Of a DNA stretch of 64,000 nt, positions 1-8,905 are shown piece by piece. Origin of the DNA: an uncultured delta proteobacterium (lineage in GTDB: Bacteria > Myxococcota > Myxococcia > SLRQ01); NCBI GenBank assembly GCA_963727485.1, contig CAVSGM010000002.1, positions 1,152,001-1,216,000 on the forward strand, given 5' to 3'. The notes under the pieces were generated by a model. It worked only from the letters and a program-made list of their open reading frames with translations. It was not told where the DNA came from and made no database searches. Positions within the stretch are counted from its first letter, which is position 1; each line of letters opens with the position of its first letter. Made by a program: the position numbers and the translations under genes.

Positions 1-176
1 CCATGGGCGCCCACGGCGAGCGGGTCTCCGATCCCGCCGAGCTCCCCGCCGCCCTGGAGCGCGCCCGGGACGCCGGCGTCGCCGCGGTGGTCCACGTGGA
101 GGTGGACAAGAACATGCACCTGTTCGCCCCGGGGCTGCAGGCGTTCAAGGCGATGCACCAGGAGCCCGGGGCTTAA
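1..176 (+). CDS. 3' end of a thiamine-pyrophosphate-binding enzyme (acetolactate synthase-like), partial
   Basis: Frame from nt 3 reads MGAHGERVSDPAELPAALERARDAGVAAVVHVEVD...TAA(174-176), the typical C-terminus of TPP enzymes. Confidence 0.7.
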   Translation, partial: MGAHGERVSDPAELPAALERARDAGVAAVVHVEVDKNMHLFAPGLQAFKAMHQEPGA

Positions 177-185
177 GAGGCGCCC

Positions 186-1112
186 ATGCACCCGGACGTC
201 AACACGCTGCACCTCCACTTCAGCCCGGGATCCCTCCTCCTGTTGGACGGGATCCTGGGCCTGTTGATGTTCGGGATCGCCCTGGACATCAAGGTGGACG
301 ACTTCCGGCGCATCGTGAAGGACCCGCGGGGGCCGCTCATCGGGCTCTTCGCCCAGTTCATCCTCCTCCCGGCGGCGACCTTCGGGCTGACCATGCTCCT
401 CAAGCCCGAGCCGAGCATCGCGCTGGGCATGATCCTCGTCGCCGCCTGCCCCGGCGGGAACATCTCCAACTTCATCACCTACCTCGCCCGGGGGAACACG
501 GCCCTCTCGGTGATGATGACCGCCATCTCCACCGCCGCCGCGGTGATCATGACGCCCCTGAACCTCACCTTCTGGGGCCGGCTGAACCCCCACACCGCGC
601 CGCTGATCAAGGCGATCCACTTGAGCCCGCTCGACGTGTTCGGGGTGGTCTTCCTCATCCTCGGCATCCCCCTGGTGGTGGGGATGATCGTCGGCGCCCA
701 CTACCCGGGTCTGGTGGACAAGGTGCGAAAGCCGGTGCGCATCTTCGGCATCGTGGTCTTCGTGGCCTTCGTGCTGGTGGCCATCCACGCCAACTCCGCC
801 AACTTCCACGCCTGGCTGCTGCCGGCCTTCGGGCTGGTGGTCCTCCACAACGCCAGCGCCCTGACCCTGGGCTACTTCACCGCCCGGGGCCTCAAGCTCC
901 CCAGGTTCGACGCCCGGGCCATCTCCATCGAGGTGGGCATCCAGAACAGCGGCCTGGGCCTGGCGCTGATCTTCACCTTCTTCGGCGGCCTCGGGGGGAT
1001 GGCGGTGGTGGCGGCGTTCTGGGGGATCTGGCACGTGGTCAGCGGGCTGACGATCTCCTCGATCTGGTCCCGGCGGCCGGTGCCCATCCCCGGCACCTCG
1101 GAGGCGGCGTGA
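186..1112 (+). CDS. Bile acid:sodium symporter (BASS/SBF) family transporter
   Basis: Multi-TM protein with ACPGGNISN and SIEVGIQNSGL motifs. Confidence 0.9.
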   Translation: MHPDVNTLHLHFSPGSLLLLDGILGLLMFGIALDIKVDDFRRIVKDPRGPLIGLFAQFILLPAATFGLTMLLKPEPSIALGMILVAACPGGNISNFITYLARGNTALSVMMTAISTAAAVIMTPLNLTFWGRLNPHTAPLIKAIHLSPLDVFGVVFLILGIPLVVGMIVGAHYPGLVDKVRKPVRIFGIVVFVAFVLVAIHANSANFHAWLLPAFGLVVLHNASALTLGYFTARGLKLPRFDARAISIEVGIQNSGLGLALIFTFFGGLGGMAVVAAFWGIWHVVSGLTISSIWSRRPVPIPGTSEAA

Positions 1113-2059
1113 GCGGCCGACGGGTGCTGGTGACCGGCGCCGCCGGGTACGTGGGGCACCTGGTGGTCCGGGCCCTCGCCAGCCACGCGGACGTCGGGGC
1201 CCTCGTCGCCGTGGATCTCCGGGCGCCGGGGGACGCGCCCGCGGGGGTGGGGGTGGAGACCCTCGACGTCACCGACCCGGCGCTCGCCACCCTGATGCGC
1301 GACCACCGGGTCGACACCGTGGTCCACCTGGCGAGCATCCTCCGCCCGCCCAAGGACGGGGGCGAGGCGCTGGCCCGCCACGTGGACGTCGACGGCACCC
1401 GCAACGTCCTCGCCGCCTGCGACGCGGCCGGGGTCACCCAGCTGGTGGTCACCACCAGCGGCGCCGCCTACGGCTACCACCGGGACAACGCGAAGTGGCT
1501 CGACGAGGACGCCCCGCTCCGGGGCCACCCGCGCTTCGGCTACGCGAAGAACAAGGTCGCCATCGAGGCGATGCTCGAAGCGCACCGCCGGACCAACCCC
1601 GCGCTGCGCCAGCTGGTCCTGCGCCCGGGGACCATCCTCGGCGAGGGGACGAAGAGCCCCATCACCGACCTCTTCGAGAAGCCGGTGATCCTGGGGATCC
1701 TCGGCGCCGACTCGCCCTTCGTGTTCATCTGGGACCAGGACGTGGTCGAGGTCATCGTCCGCGGCGTCCTCGAGGGCCGCGAGGGCATCTTCAACCTCGC
1801 CGGGGCCGGCGCCATGACCCCCAGGGAGATCGCCCGGCGCCTCCACAAGCCCTACCTGCCGCTCCCCGCCCTCGCCGTCGCCGCGGCCCTCGGGGTGCTC
1901 CGGCCGCTCGGCCTCACCCAGTACGGCCCCGAGCAGGTGGACTTCCTGCGCTACCGCCCGGTGCTCTCGGGGGCGCGCCTCGGCTCGGCCTTCGAGGGCC
2001 TCCCCCGGAAGAACACCCGCGAGGCCTTCGAGGTCTGGGCGAGGGCCCATGGCCACTGA
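1109..2059 (+). CDS. NAD-dependent epimerase/dehydratase (extended SDR)
   Basis: TGAAGYVG Rossmann motif and YAKNK catalytic YxxxK; GTGA overlap with upstream gene. Confidence 0.85.
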   Translation: MSGRRVLVTGAAGYVGHLVVRALASHADVGALVAVDLRAPGDAPAGVGVETLDVTDPALATLMRDHRVDTVVHLASILRPPKDGGEALARHVDVDGTRNVLAACDAAGVTQLVVTTSGAAYGYHRDNAKWLDEDAPLRGHPRFGYAKNKVAIEAMLEAHRRTNPALRQLVLRPGTILGEGTKSPITDLFEKPVILGILGADSPFVFIWDQDVVEVIVRGVLEGREGIFNLAGAGAMTPREIARRLHKPYLPLPALAVAAALGVLRPLGLTQYGPEQVDFLRYRPVLSGARLGSAFEGLPRKNTREAFEVWARAHGH

Positions 2060-2861
2060 CCGCACCCTCGAGGGCCCGGTGGTCATCTCCGGGGGCGCCG
2101 GGGGCATCGGCCGGGCGCTCGCCGCCGCCTTCGCCGAGCGGGGCTGCCCCGTCGCCCTCCTCGACCTGGACCGCGCCGCCCTCGACGCCGCGGTCGCCGA
2201 GCTGACGGCCGGGGGCCACCGGGCAATGGGCCTCACCTGCGACGTCACCGACCCCGAAGCCTGCGAGGCCGCCATCGCCGAGGTGGCCGAGCGCTTCGGG
2301 GGCGTGGCCACCCTGGTGAACAACGCGGGCATCGGCCACCGCAGCGCGTTTGCCGACACCGAGGTCGCCGTGCTGCGCCGGGTGATGGAGGTCAACTACT
2401 TCGGGTCGGTCAACCTCACCAAGGCCGCCCTGCCCCACCTGCGCGCCGCGAGGGGCCGCATCGTGGTCACCTCCAGCGTCGCCGGCTTCGCGCCGCTCAT
2501 CGGCCGCGCCGGCTACGCCGCCAGCAAGCACGCCCTCCACGGGCTCTTCGACACCCTGCGCACCGAGCTCTCCCCCGAGGGGATCTCGGTGACCGTGGTC
2601 TGCCCCTCGTTCACCGAGTCGGGCTTCGAGGCGGCGACCCTCGGCGCCGACGGAGGCCGGGTCGGCGCACCCCGGTCGATGATCGGGAAGCTGGCAACCG
2701 CGGACCAGGTGGCCCGGGCGGTGGTGCGCGCGGCGGCCAGGCGCCAGCGGCTGTTGGTGCTGGCGCCGGTGGGCAAGGCGAGCCTTCTGGCCTCGCGCCT
2801 CGCCCCCGGCCTCTACGAGAAGCTCATGGCGCGAATGCTCAAGGGCGCGGTCGGCGAGTGA
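2049..2861 (+). CDS. Classical short-chain dehydrogenase/reductase
   Basis: SGGAGGIG, NNAG and YAASK motifs. Confidence 0.9.
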   Translation: MATDRTLEGPVVISGGAGGIGRALAAAFAERGCPVALLDLDRAALDAAVAELTAGGHRAMGLTCDVTDPEACEAAIAEVAERFGGVATLVNNAGIGHRSAFADTEVAVLRRVMEVNYFGSVNLTKAALPHLRAARGRIVVTSSVAGFAPLIGRAGYAASKHALHGLFDTLRTELSPEGISVTVVCPSFTESGFEAATLGADGGRVGAPRSMIGKLATADQVARAVVRAAARRQRLLVLAPVGKASLLASRLAPGLYEKLMARMLKGAVGE

Positions 2862-2883
2862 CCCGGGCCCGGCGTCCCGGCGG

Positions 2884-3798
2884 TCAGAGCACGTCCCCCT
2901 GCACCCGGATGGCGATGGCCACGTAGGGGACCAGGGCGCTGACCTTCTGCCCGCTGCGGTAGGGGTGCTGGAGCCACCAGTTCACGATGAGGATCCCGGT
3001 GGGCTTCTGGAAGAGCCCGTGGTCGTGGCCCGGCAGGGTGTAGGTGACAAGCGGCCCGACGCGCTGGGTGGTCTGGGTCCGGCCGCCGCCGTAGTAGGTG
3101 GTGGTGGCGGTGTAGCGCAGGCCGGCGACCAGGTTCTCGTGCCCCACATAGACCAGGTCCGCGTCGTCGACGAAGAGCCACCCGTGGGCCGGGTCGAGGC
3201 TGTCGAGGATGGAGTCGTAGAACACCGTGTCGCCGGGCTTCAGCGACATGTCCACGCGCAGCACCCGCAGGTTGTTCCGGGCGGCGATGGGCCCGACCTT
3301 CGCCTGGAGGAGCGCCGCCAGGGTGAGGCGGTTGCCCTGGGCCGGGTAGGTCGTCCCGGCGTCGCCGGCGGCGCTGCGGGCGGCGGGGCTGTAGTCGGCC
3401 GCGGGCCCGGAGTAGGCGGCGACCTCGTTCCAGGTGCCGAAGTAGCCGATGTGCTCGAAGGTCGCCGAGAGCCTCAGCACCGCCAGCGGCTGGAGCACCA
3501 CCGCCCCGCCCACCTGGTAATACGACGGCGTGAGCAGCGGGATGAGCTCGACCCCGGCGTAGCTGCCCTTGAGGAGCATCGCGTCGCTGTCGTAGAGGCG
3601 CAGGTGGTAGCCGAGGTCGAGGCGGAGCACCGCGCCCAGGGGGTTCACCCGGCCGCCGAGGAGGGCCTGGTAGACCACCTGGCTCCGGGGGCCGAGGTCG
3701 GGGGCGGGGGCGTCGCCGGCCGCGCGGGCGGCGGCGGGGACGGCGAGGCCCATCAGGGCGGAAAGACAGCAGGCGGTGAGGCGTGCGCGGGATCCCAT
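2884..3798 (-). CDS. Exported hypothetical protein, possible outer-membrane beta-barrel
   Basis: Signal-peptide-like N-terminus (AVPAAARA), alternating beta-strand pattern, GC3-biased codons. Confidence 0.6.
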   Translation of the reverse strand: MGSRARLTACCLSALMGLAVPAAARAAGDAPAPDLGPRSQVVYQALLGGRVNPLGAVLRLDLGYHLRLYDSDAMLLKGSYAGVELIPLLTPSYYQVGGAVVLQPLAVLRLSATFEHIGYFGTWNEVAAYSGPAADYSPAARSAAGDAGTTYPAQGNRLTLAALLQAKVGPIAARNNLRVLRVDMSLKPGDTVFYDSILDSLDPAHGWLFVDDADLVYVGHENLVAGLRYTATTTYYGGGRTQTTQRVGPLVTYTLPGHDHGLFQKPTGILIVNWWLQHPYRSGQKVSALVPYVAIAIRVQGDVL

Positions 3799-3847
3799 CC
3801 CGTCAGCATAGCGTCCGTCGGGCCCGAGGGCCTCTCTCCCGGCCGGG

Positions 3848-4498
3848 TCAGACCCCGCGGTCCGCGCCGGGCCACACCAGCTTGTGGAGCTGGAGGTTGA
3901 GGCGCGCCGGGAGCGCGTCGGCGAGCATCCAGGCGACGAGCTCGGCGGGATCGAGGGTCCCGTGGACCGGCGAGAGGAGCACCGCGGCGACCCGGGCGGC
4001 GAGGTCGCGCTCGCGGATCACCTCCCGGGCCCAGGCGTAGTCGGCGCGATCGGCGATGACGATCTTCACCTCGTCGTGGGGGGCGAGGTGGGCGAGGTTC
4101 TCCCAGAGGTTCGCCTCGGCCTCGCCGCTGGCCGGGGCCTTGAGGTCGACAATCTTGCGCACCTCGGCGGGCACCTCGGCGATGGACACCGACCCCGAGG
4201 TCTCCAGGAGCACGGTGCGCCCGGCGTCGAGGAGCCGCCGCATCAGGGCGAGCACCGGCTTGTGGAGCAGCGGCTCGCCGCCGGTGACCTCCACCAGCCC
4301 GGGCCCGAGGCGGTCGACCTCGGCCAGCACCTCGTCCACCGTCCACCAGGTGCCGCCGCTGAAGGTGTAGGCGCTGTCGCACCAGGTGCAGCGCAGGTTG
4401 CACCCGGTGGTGCGCACGAACACGCAGGGCGCCCCGGCGAAGGTGCTCTCGCCCTGGATGGACCGGTAGATCTCGGTGAGGCGCAGGCGCTCGGACAT
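3848..4498 (-). CDS. queE: 7-carboxy-7-deazaguanine synthase QueE (radical SAM)
   Basis: EIYRSIQGES, GCNLRCTWCDS (CxxxCxxC), TGGEPL, ETSG, LQLHKLVW. Confidence 0.88.
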   Translation of the reverse strand: MSERLRLTEIYRSIQGESTFAGAPCVFVRTTGCNLRCTWCDSAYTFSGGTWWTVDEVLAEVDRLGPGLVEVTGGEPLLHKPVLALMRRLLDAGRTVLLETSGSVSIAEVPAEVRKIVDLKAPASGEAEANLWENLAHLAPHDEVKIVIADRADYAWAREVIRERDLAARVAAVLLSPVHGTLDPAELVAWMLADALPARLNLQLHKLVWPGADRGV

Positions 4499-4510
4499 CG
4501 GGCGCGCAAT

Positions 4511-4741
4511 CTAGCAGAGGTCGGCGTCGCCGTCGCAGTAGGGCGGCGTCCGGGTCTGCTGGCAGCGGCAGAGGCGGACCACCGCGAAGCCCTCGATCTC
4601 GAAGGGCCGGCAGCGCTCCGGGCCGGGGCAACCCGCCGGGTCGCAGAAGGGTCGGCGCCGCGAGCCCCCGCAGCCGCACCAGCGGTAGGCGCCCCCGGCG
4701 AGCGGCAGGGGCCGGCAGGGGCGAGGGTCCTCGTTGGCCAT
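4511..4741 (-). CDS. Small two-motif CDGSH-type [2Fe-2S] protein (variant ligands)
   Basis: WCGCGGSRRRPFCDPAGC and LCRCQQTRTPPYCDGD match CxCx2(S/T)x3PxCD. Confidence 0.75.
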   Translation of the reverse strand: MANEDPRPCRPLPLAGGAYRWCGCGGSRRRPFCDPAGCPGPERCRPFEIEGFAVVRLCRCQQTRTPPYCDGDADLC

Positions 4742-4819
4742 GGCAGCCACCCTAGGCGCCCGCCGAGGCCACCCGACAGGCCACGGGCCGCCCGGTTCCT
4801 GCCCAGTCGGGCCCCTGCC

Positions 4820-6868
4820 CTACACCGCTCGGGTGCGCAGGAGCTCGGCGAGCCAGCGGATCCCCCGGCCGAGGTAGCGCCGGTAGGTGCTGAAGGCCAT
4901 GCCCACCGCCTCCGCCGCCGCCTCCTGGGTGGGCGCGGGCTCGAGGTAGGTGGCGCGCAGCGCATCGTAGGCCTTCCGGCGGCGCGGGGACTCGGCGAGG
5001 GTCTCGGCGGCGGCGACGAGCTCGTGGCGGAGGATCTCCACCCGGGTGGCCCAGGTGGCGCCGGTCCCGGCCCGGTGCCGGATCAGGGCGGTGTCGAGGA
5101 GGGGGTTGTGGCGGAGCTGGTCCGGGGCGGTGTAGTCCTTGAGGGCCCGGCGCACCGCCTGCTCGAAGGCCTCGGGACCGAGGTCGACCACCGGGGGCCC
5201 CTCGGCCTCCAGGCCCTCGTCGCTCCCGGCCTCCATGAAGCAGAGGAGCCGGTCGAGGATCCCCTCGCTCCCCCGGCGCCCGAAGATCGTGGGCCCCTCG
5301 CCGTCCGCCGGCACCACCTCCTCGAACCCCAGGGCCCGGAGGAGCCCGGCGAAGGGCCCCGGCTCCTGGAACGCGAGGAAGGTCCCCGACGGCGACTCCA
5401 TCGCCCGGAACCGGCGGGCGGCGGCGACGAAGAGCCGGGCCTGGAGGGCACCGGGGCGCTGGTGGTGGTCCGAGTCCATCCAGCTGCGCAGCACCACCAC
5501 CGGGCCGGTGGCGTCGGCGAAGGGACGCAGGTCGAGGAGGTCGCGGATCGTCGGATCCCAGGTGGCGGACGCCAGGGCCTCGGCGGTGGCGAACTCCGGG
5601 AAGAGCAGGTAGCCCCGGGGCAGCCCCTGGACGTCCCGGAAGACCGTGAACGCCTGGGGCCATTCGGCGAGCCACCGCTCGATGTGCTCGGCGGCGGCGG
5701 CGCCCTCGTGGGCCCGGACCATGGTCGTCAGGTGCAGGGCGTCGCCGGCCTTCAGGGGCGTGGCCAGGACGTCCTGGTCGGGATCCCAGACGAAGCCGAG
5801 GCCCGGGAGGGGATCCCGCCGCCGGAGGTAGAGGGCGTTGAGGAGGAGCTGCTCCTCGCCCACGCCCCAGCTCCGGCGGTCGCGCAGGCGCCCCAGGCAG
5901 TAGGCGAGGCCCTGGTCCACCAGGTCCCGGTGGAGGCTGGGGTTGCGCCAGCGCAGGTCCTCCTCGAGGGCCTGGCGGTAGGGCCGGGTGAGCCGCAGCC
6001 CCATGCGCCCCGGGCGGGCGAAGCCCTGGTGGGCGAGCCACCGGTGGATCTCGTGGGGGTCATCGACCTCGAGCATCGCCGCGAGGAGGTCCTCGGTGGT
6101 GCGGCTGAGGAGGGCGGCGGCGTAGAGGGCCCGGCGGTGATGCCTCGTCGGGGCCTGGTCGGCGAGGGTCCCGGCGAGGGCGTGGACCAGCTCGTGGACC
6201 GAGCACTCGCGCTCGCAGCAGGTCACCGCCTCGGTGCAGAAGGTGGCGGCGAGGGAGTGGACCAGGGGCACGCCCCCGGCGCGCTCGGCGATGGCCGGCT
6301 GGCGGAAGTGGGGGACCTGGAGCTGGCTGAGGTTGGTGAGGCTCTCCTCCTGGGACAGGGGCGAGAGCCGGAGGGAGCGGTGGAGCCCCCGCCACGCCGG
6401 GTCCGTCTCCCAGGCCGCGGGGAGGGCGTCGCGGCTGGCCACCAGGATCAGCCAGTCGGCGGGCACCGCCCCCAGGACCTCGACCCAGGTCGAGGCGGCG
6501 TCCTCGGTGAGGCTCCGGGTCCCGTCGAGGATGAGGACCTGCCGCGCCACCCCGGCGCCGGCCTCCACCGCCACCAGCTCGCGGACCCGGCGGGGCAGGT
6601 CGTCGACCGCGTCCGCCTCGACCCAGTGGGCGGGCAGCCCGGCGTCCTCGGCGAGGTAGGCGGCCTCCCGGAGGAGGGCGGTCTTCCCGATCCCCGCGGG
6701 CCCCACCACCGAGAGCAGGTGGAAGGGCCACCTCGGCGCCTCGAGGACGGTGCGCAGGAAGTCGACCTCCGCCCGTCGGCCCACGAAGGCGCGGCGACGG
6801 TTGCGGCGGAGCAGATTGGCGATGACCAGCGTCTGGGGTGCGTGCACGGCTTGGGGGTTCCTGCCCAT
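4820..6868 (-). CDS. STAND/AAA_16-type ATPase with C-terminal helix-turn-helix (putative regulator)
   Basis: FVGRRAEV, Walker A GPAGIGKT, Walker B VLILD, ASR sensor, GGVPL (GxP), C-terminal TQEAAAEAVGMAFSTYRRYL HTH; start uncertain (6868 or 6847). Confidence 0.8.
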   Translation of the reverse strand: MGRNPQAVHAPQTLVIANLLRRNRRRAFVGRRAEVDFLRTVLEAPRWPFHLLSVVGPAGIGKTALLREAAYLAEDAGLPAHWVEADAVDDLPRRVRELVAVEAGAGVARQVLILDGTRSLTEDAASTWVEVLGAVPADWLILVASRDALPAAWETDPAWRGLHRSLRLSPLSQEESLTNLSQLQVPHFRQPAIAERAGGVPLVHSLAATFCTEAVTCCERECSVHELVHALAGTLADQAPTRHHRRALYAAALLSRTTEDLLAAMLEVDDPHEIHRWLAHQGFARPGRMGLRLTRPYRQALEEDLRWRNPSLHRDLVDQGLAYCLGRLRDRRSWGVGEEQLLLNALYLRRRDPLPGLGFVWDPDQDVLATPLKAGDALHLTTMVRAHEGAAAAEHIERWLAEWPQAFTVFRDVQGLPRGYLLFPEFATAEALASATWDPTIRDLLDLRPFADATGPVVVLRSWMDSDHHQRPGALQARLFVAAARRFRAMESPSGTFLAFQEPGPFAGLLRALGFEEVVPADGEGPTIFGRRGSEGILDRLLCFMEAGSDEGLEAEGPPVVDLGPEAFEQAVRRALKDYTAPDQLRHNPLLDTALIRHRAGTGATWATRVEILRHELVAAAETLAESPRRRKAYDALRATYLEPAPTQEAAAEAVGMAFSTYRRYLGRGIRWLAELLRTRAV

Positions 6869-7039
6869 CGGTTGTCGGGTCGCTCCCGGCGCGCACGGTC
6901 GGGTCCCCGCCCCGGGCCGGCGACGCCATGGGCTGACGCCTCGGACCGGGCCACCTCCATGCCCAGGTCCAGGTTGCCAAAGGCCCCGGCCAGGGAACAG
7001 ACCAGGAACTGCCCACACGCTACACCCCAGGGTCGCTCC

Positions 7040-8824
7040 CTAGTCATCGCCCTCGCCGGGCTCCACGTAGCGTTCCCAGAGGGCGTCGGCGACCAGGCCG
7101 GTGGCGACGGCCAGGCGCCGCCGGAAGGTGCGTCCGGAGATCCCCAGGGTATCGGCGAGGACCCGCTGGGGGAGCTCGGGGTCGCGCCAGAGGCGCCGGA
7201 GCGTGGCCATGGCCTCGGGGTCGGTCCCGGCGGCCTCGACATCGGCGATGCCCGAGAGGAGCCGCTCCACCAGGGCCCCCATTCGGTCCCCCTCCCCCAC
7301 CGGGGGCATGAAGTGCCGGCAGGTGAGCAGGCGGCTGCGACCCAGGACCTCGGGGGTGGGCTGGCGGAGGGTGGCGTCCACGGACTGGCGGAAGCGCTCC
7401 CGGGGCAGGTGGCGCTCGAGCTCGATCCGCCCGGTCTCCACCCGGGGATCGCGATAGAGGGCCACCACCAGGCGCGACTCGCCGTCGAGGGTGTACTCGG
7501 TGAGGGGCGCGGAGCCGGCCCCGAGGGCCACCGCCAGGGTCCAGGCCTCCCCGGGGCGCACCGACGCCAGCACCACCCGGATCCGGGGATCGGCCACCCA
7601 CCGGGACACCACCTCCGCCAGGAGCGCGCGCTCGACGGCGGTGGGTGCGGGCCCAGGCTCGGCGCCGAGGATGCCCCGGAGCAGGAGGGCCCGATCCCGG
7701 GGCCCGAGGCGAAGCTGGTGGCGCAGGGCCCAGTGGGCGGCCGAGAGCCCGTCGTCGGGGCCCTGGGCGTCGTCGGCGGCGAGGGTGGGGTCGAGGTCAC
7801 CGAGGAACATGAACCCCAGGAGCGGCCCGCCGCCGGGGGTCCGGCACAGGTGGATCGCCTCGGGCCGGCGCTCGAGCCACCACCGGGCCACGGTGCTCCG
7901 GTCCCGGCCGCCGCCGGTCTCGCGGACCAGATCGAGGAGGCCTACGCCCTCCACCGGCCGAAGGGGGCGCACCTGGAGGTGGTCGGTGGCCAGCCGTGCG
8001 GGATCGGCGAACACCGGATGTCGGGCGAGGCGCAGGTGGAGGAGCCCCTCGGCCCAGAGGGCCCGGTCCCGAGGCCCGGCGTGGCGGATCCGCCGGCGGT
8101 GGAAGGCCATGAGCCGGACCCGCAGGCGGGCGGTCTCCGGGGCCTGCGCCGCCTCGGCCTGGAGCTGGCGCCGGGTGTCGCGGGTCGCCACCAGGCCCAC
8201 CGCCGCCTGCTCGATCCCCGGCAGGCCCCCGAGCCACTCGAAGAGCCGGGGCCCGGCGACCCGATCGACGACCGCGGCCAGGAGGTCCTCGGTGAGCCGC
8301 GGCGCCAGGGCCGCGACGATGAGGGCCGCCCGGTGCGCCGGGGTGGGCGCCAGGCGAAGGGACGGAGGCCCGCCCACCGCGACCACCCGGGCCAGGGCGC
8401 GCCACCCCGGGTCGGCCCACCAGGCGTCCTCCACCGTCTCCAGGGCGACGACCGTCACCGCCCCGGCGGGGAGGCGCGGGAGCCAGGCCCGGCGCAGCCA
8501 CCGGTTGGCGGCGAGATCGCCGCCGGTGGCGTCGACCAGGACCAGCGGCTGGCGCCGGCCGGCGGCGGCGGCCACCAGGAACGGCTCCGGGGCCGCGACG
8601 AGGATGCCCAGGTCGAGGATCGGTGCCGGGAGGCCCCGCTCGGGGAACTCCCGGGCGAGGGCGAGGAGCGCCTGCCGGAGCGCGGGCACGTGGGCCCCGG
8701 TGACCAGGAGGACGCGGGGCAAGGCGGCGGCGTCGGTGAGGGCGGCGGCGACCGCCTCGACGAGGACACCCTGGCCTTCGGTCGGGGCCTCGGCGCCGCC
8801 CAGCTCGAGCCCTTGCTCGACCAC
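7040..8824 (-). CDS. Degenerate paralog of the STAND-HTH protein (no Walker A)
   Basis: Shares WWADPGWR, TEDLLAA and a C-terminal HTH (PQRVLADTLGISGRTFRRRL) with 4820-6868; P-loop position reads TGAHVPAL. Confidence 0.72.
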   Translation of the reverse strand: MVEQGLELGGAEAPTEGQGVLVEAVAAALTDAAALPRVLLVTGAHVPALRQALLALAREFPERGLPAPILDLGILVAAPEPFLVAAAAGRRQPLVLVDATGGDLAANRWLRRAWLPRLPAGAVTVVALETVEDAWWADPGWRALARVVAVGGPPSLRLAPTPAHRAALIVAALAPRLTEDLLAAVVDRVAGPRLFEWLGGLPGIEQAAVGLVATRDTRRQLQAEAAQAPETARLRVRLMAFHRRRIRHAGPRDRALWAEGLLHLRLARHPVFADPARLATDHLQVRPLRPVEGVGLLDLVRETGGGRDRSTVARWWLERRPEAIHLCRTPGGGPLLGFMFLGDLDPTLAADDAQGPDDGLSAAHWALRHQLRLGPRDRALLLRGILGAEPGPAPTAVERALLAEVVSRWVADPRIRVVLASVRPGEAWTLAVALGAGSAPLTEYTLDGESRLVVALYRDPRVETGRIELERHLPRERFRQSVDATLRQPTPEVLGRSRLLTCRHFMPPVGEGDRMGALVERLLSGIADVEAAGTDPEAMATLRRLWRDPELPQRVLADTLGISGRTFRRRLAVATGLVADALWERYVEPGEGDD

Positions 8825-8905
8825 CGTGAGATCTGTCCCCCAAGAATGAGACCATCGTATCCAAAATGCACGCGTGGCGCGCCCGGAGGACTTCCCCCGG
8901 TGGCG

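Noticed and set aside
3848..4498. queE as part of a 7-deazaguanine DNA-modification or Qat-like defence locus
   Set aside because: No queC/queD/folE, dpdA or TatD neighbours; looks like housekeeping queE
4820..8824. STAND proteins as Avs-type antiviral NLRs
   Set aside because: No N-terminal nuclease/TIR/SIR2 effector and no long TPR sensor; the C-terminal HTH points to transcription regulation
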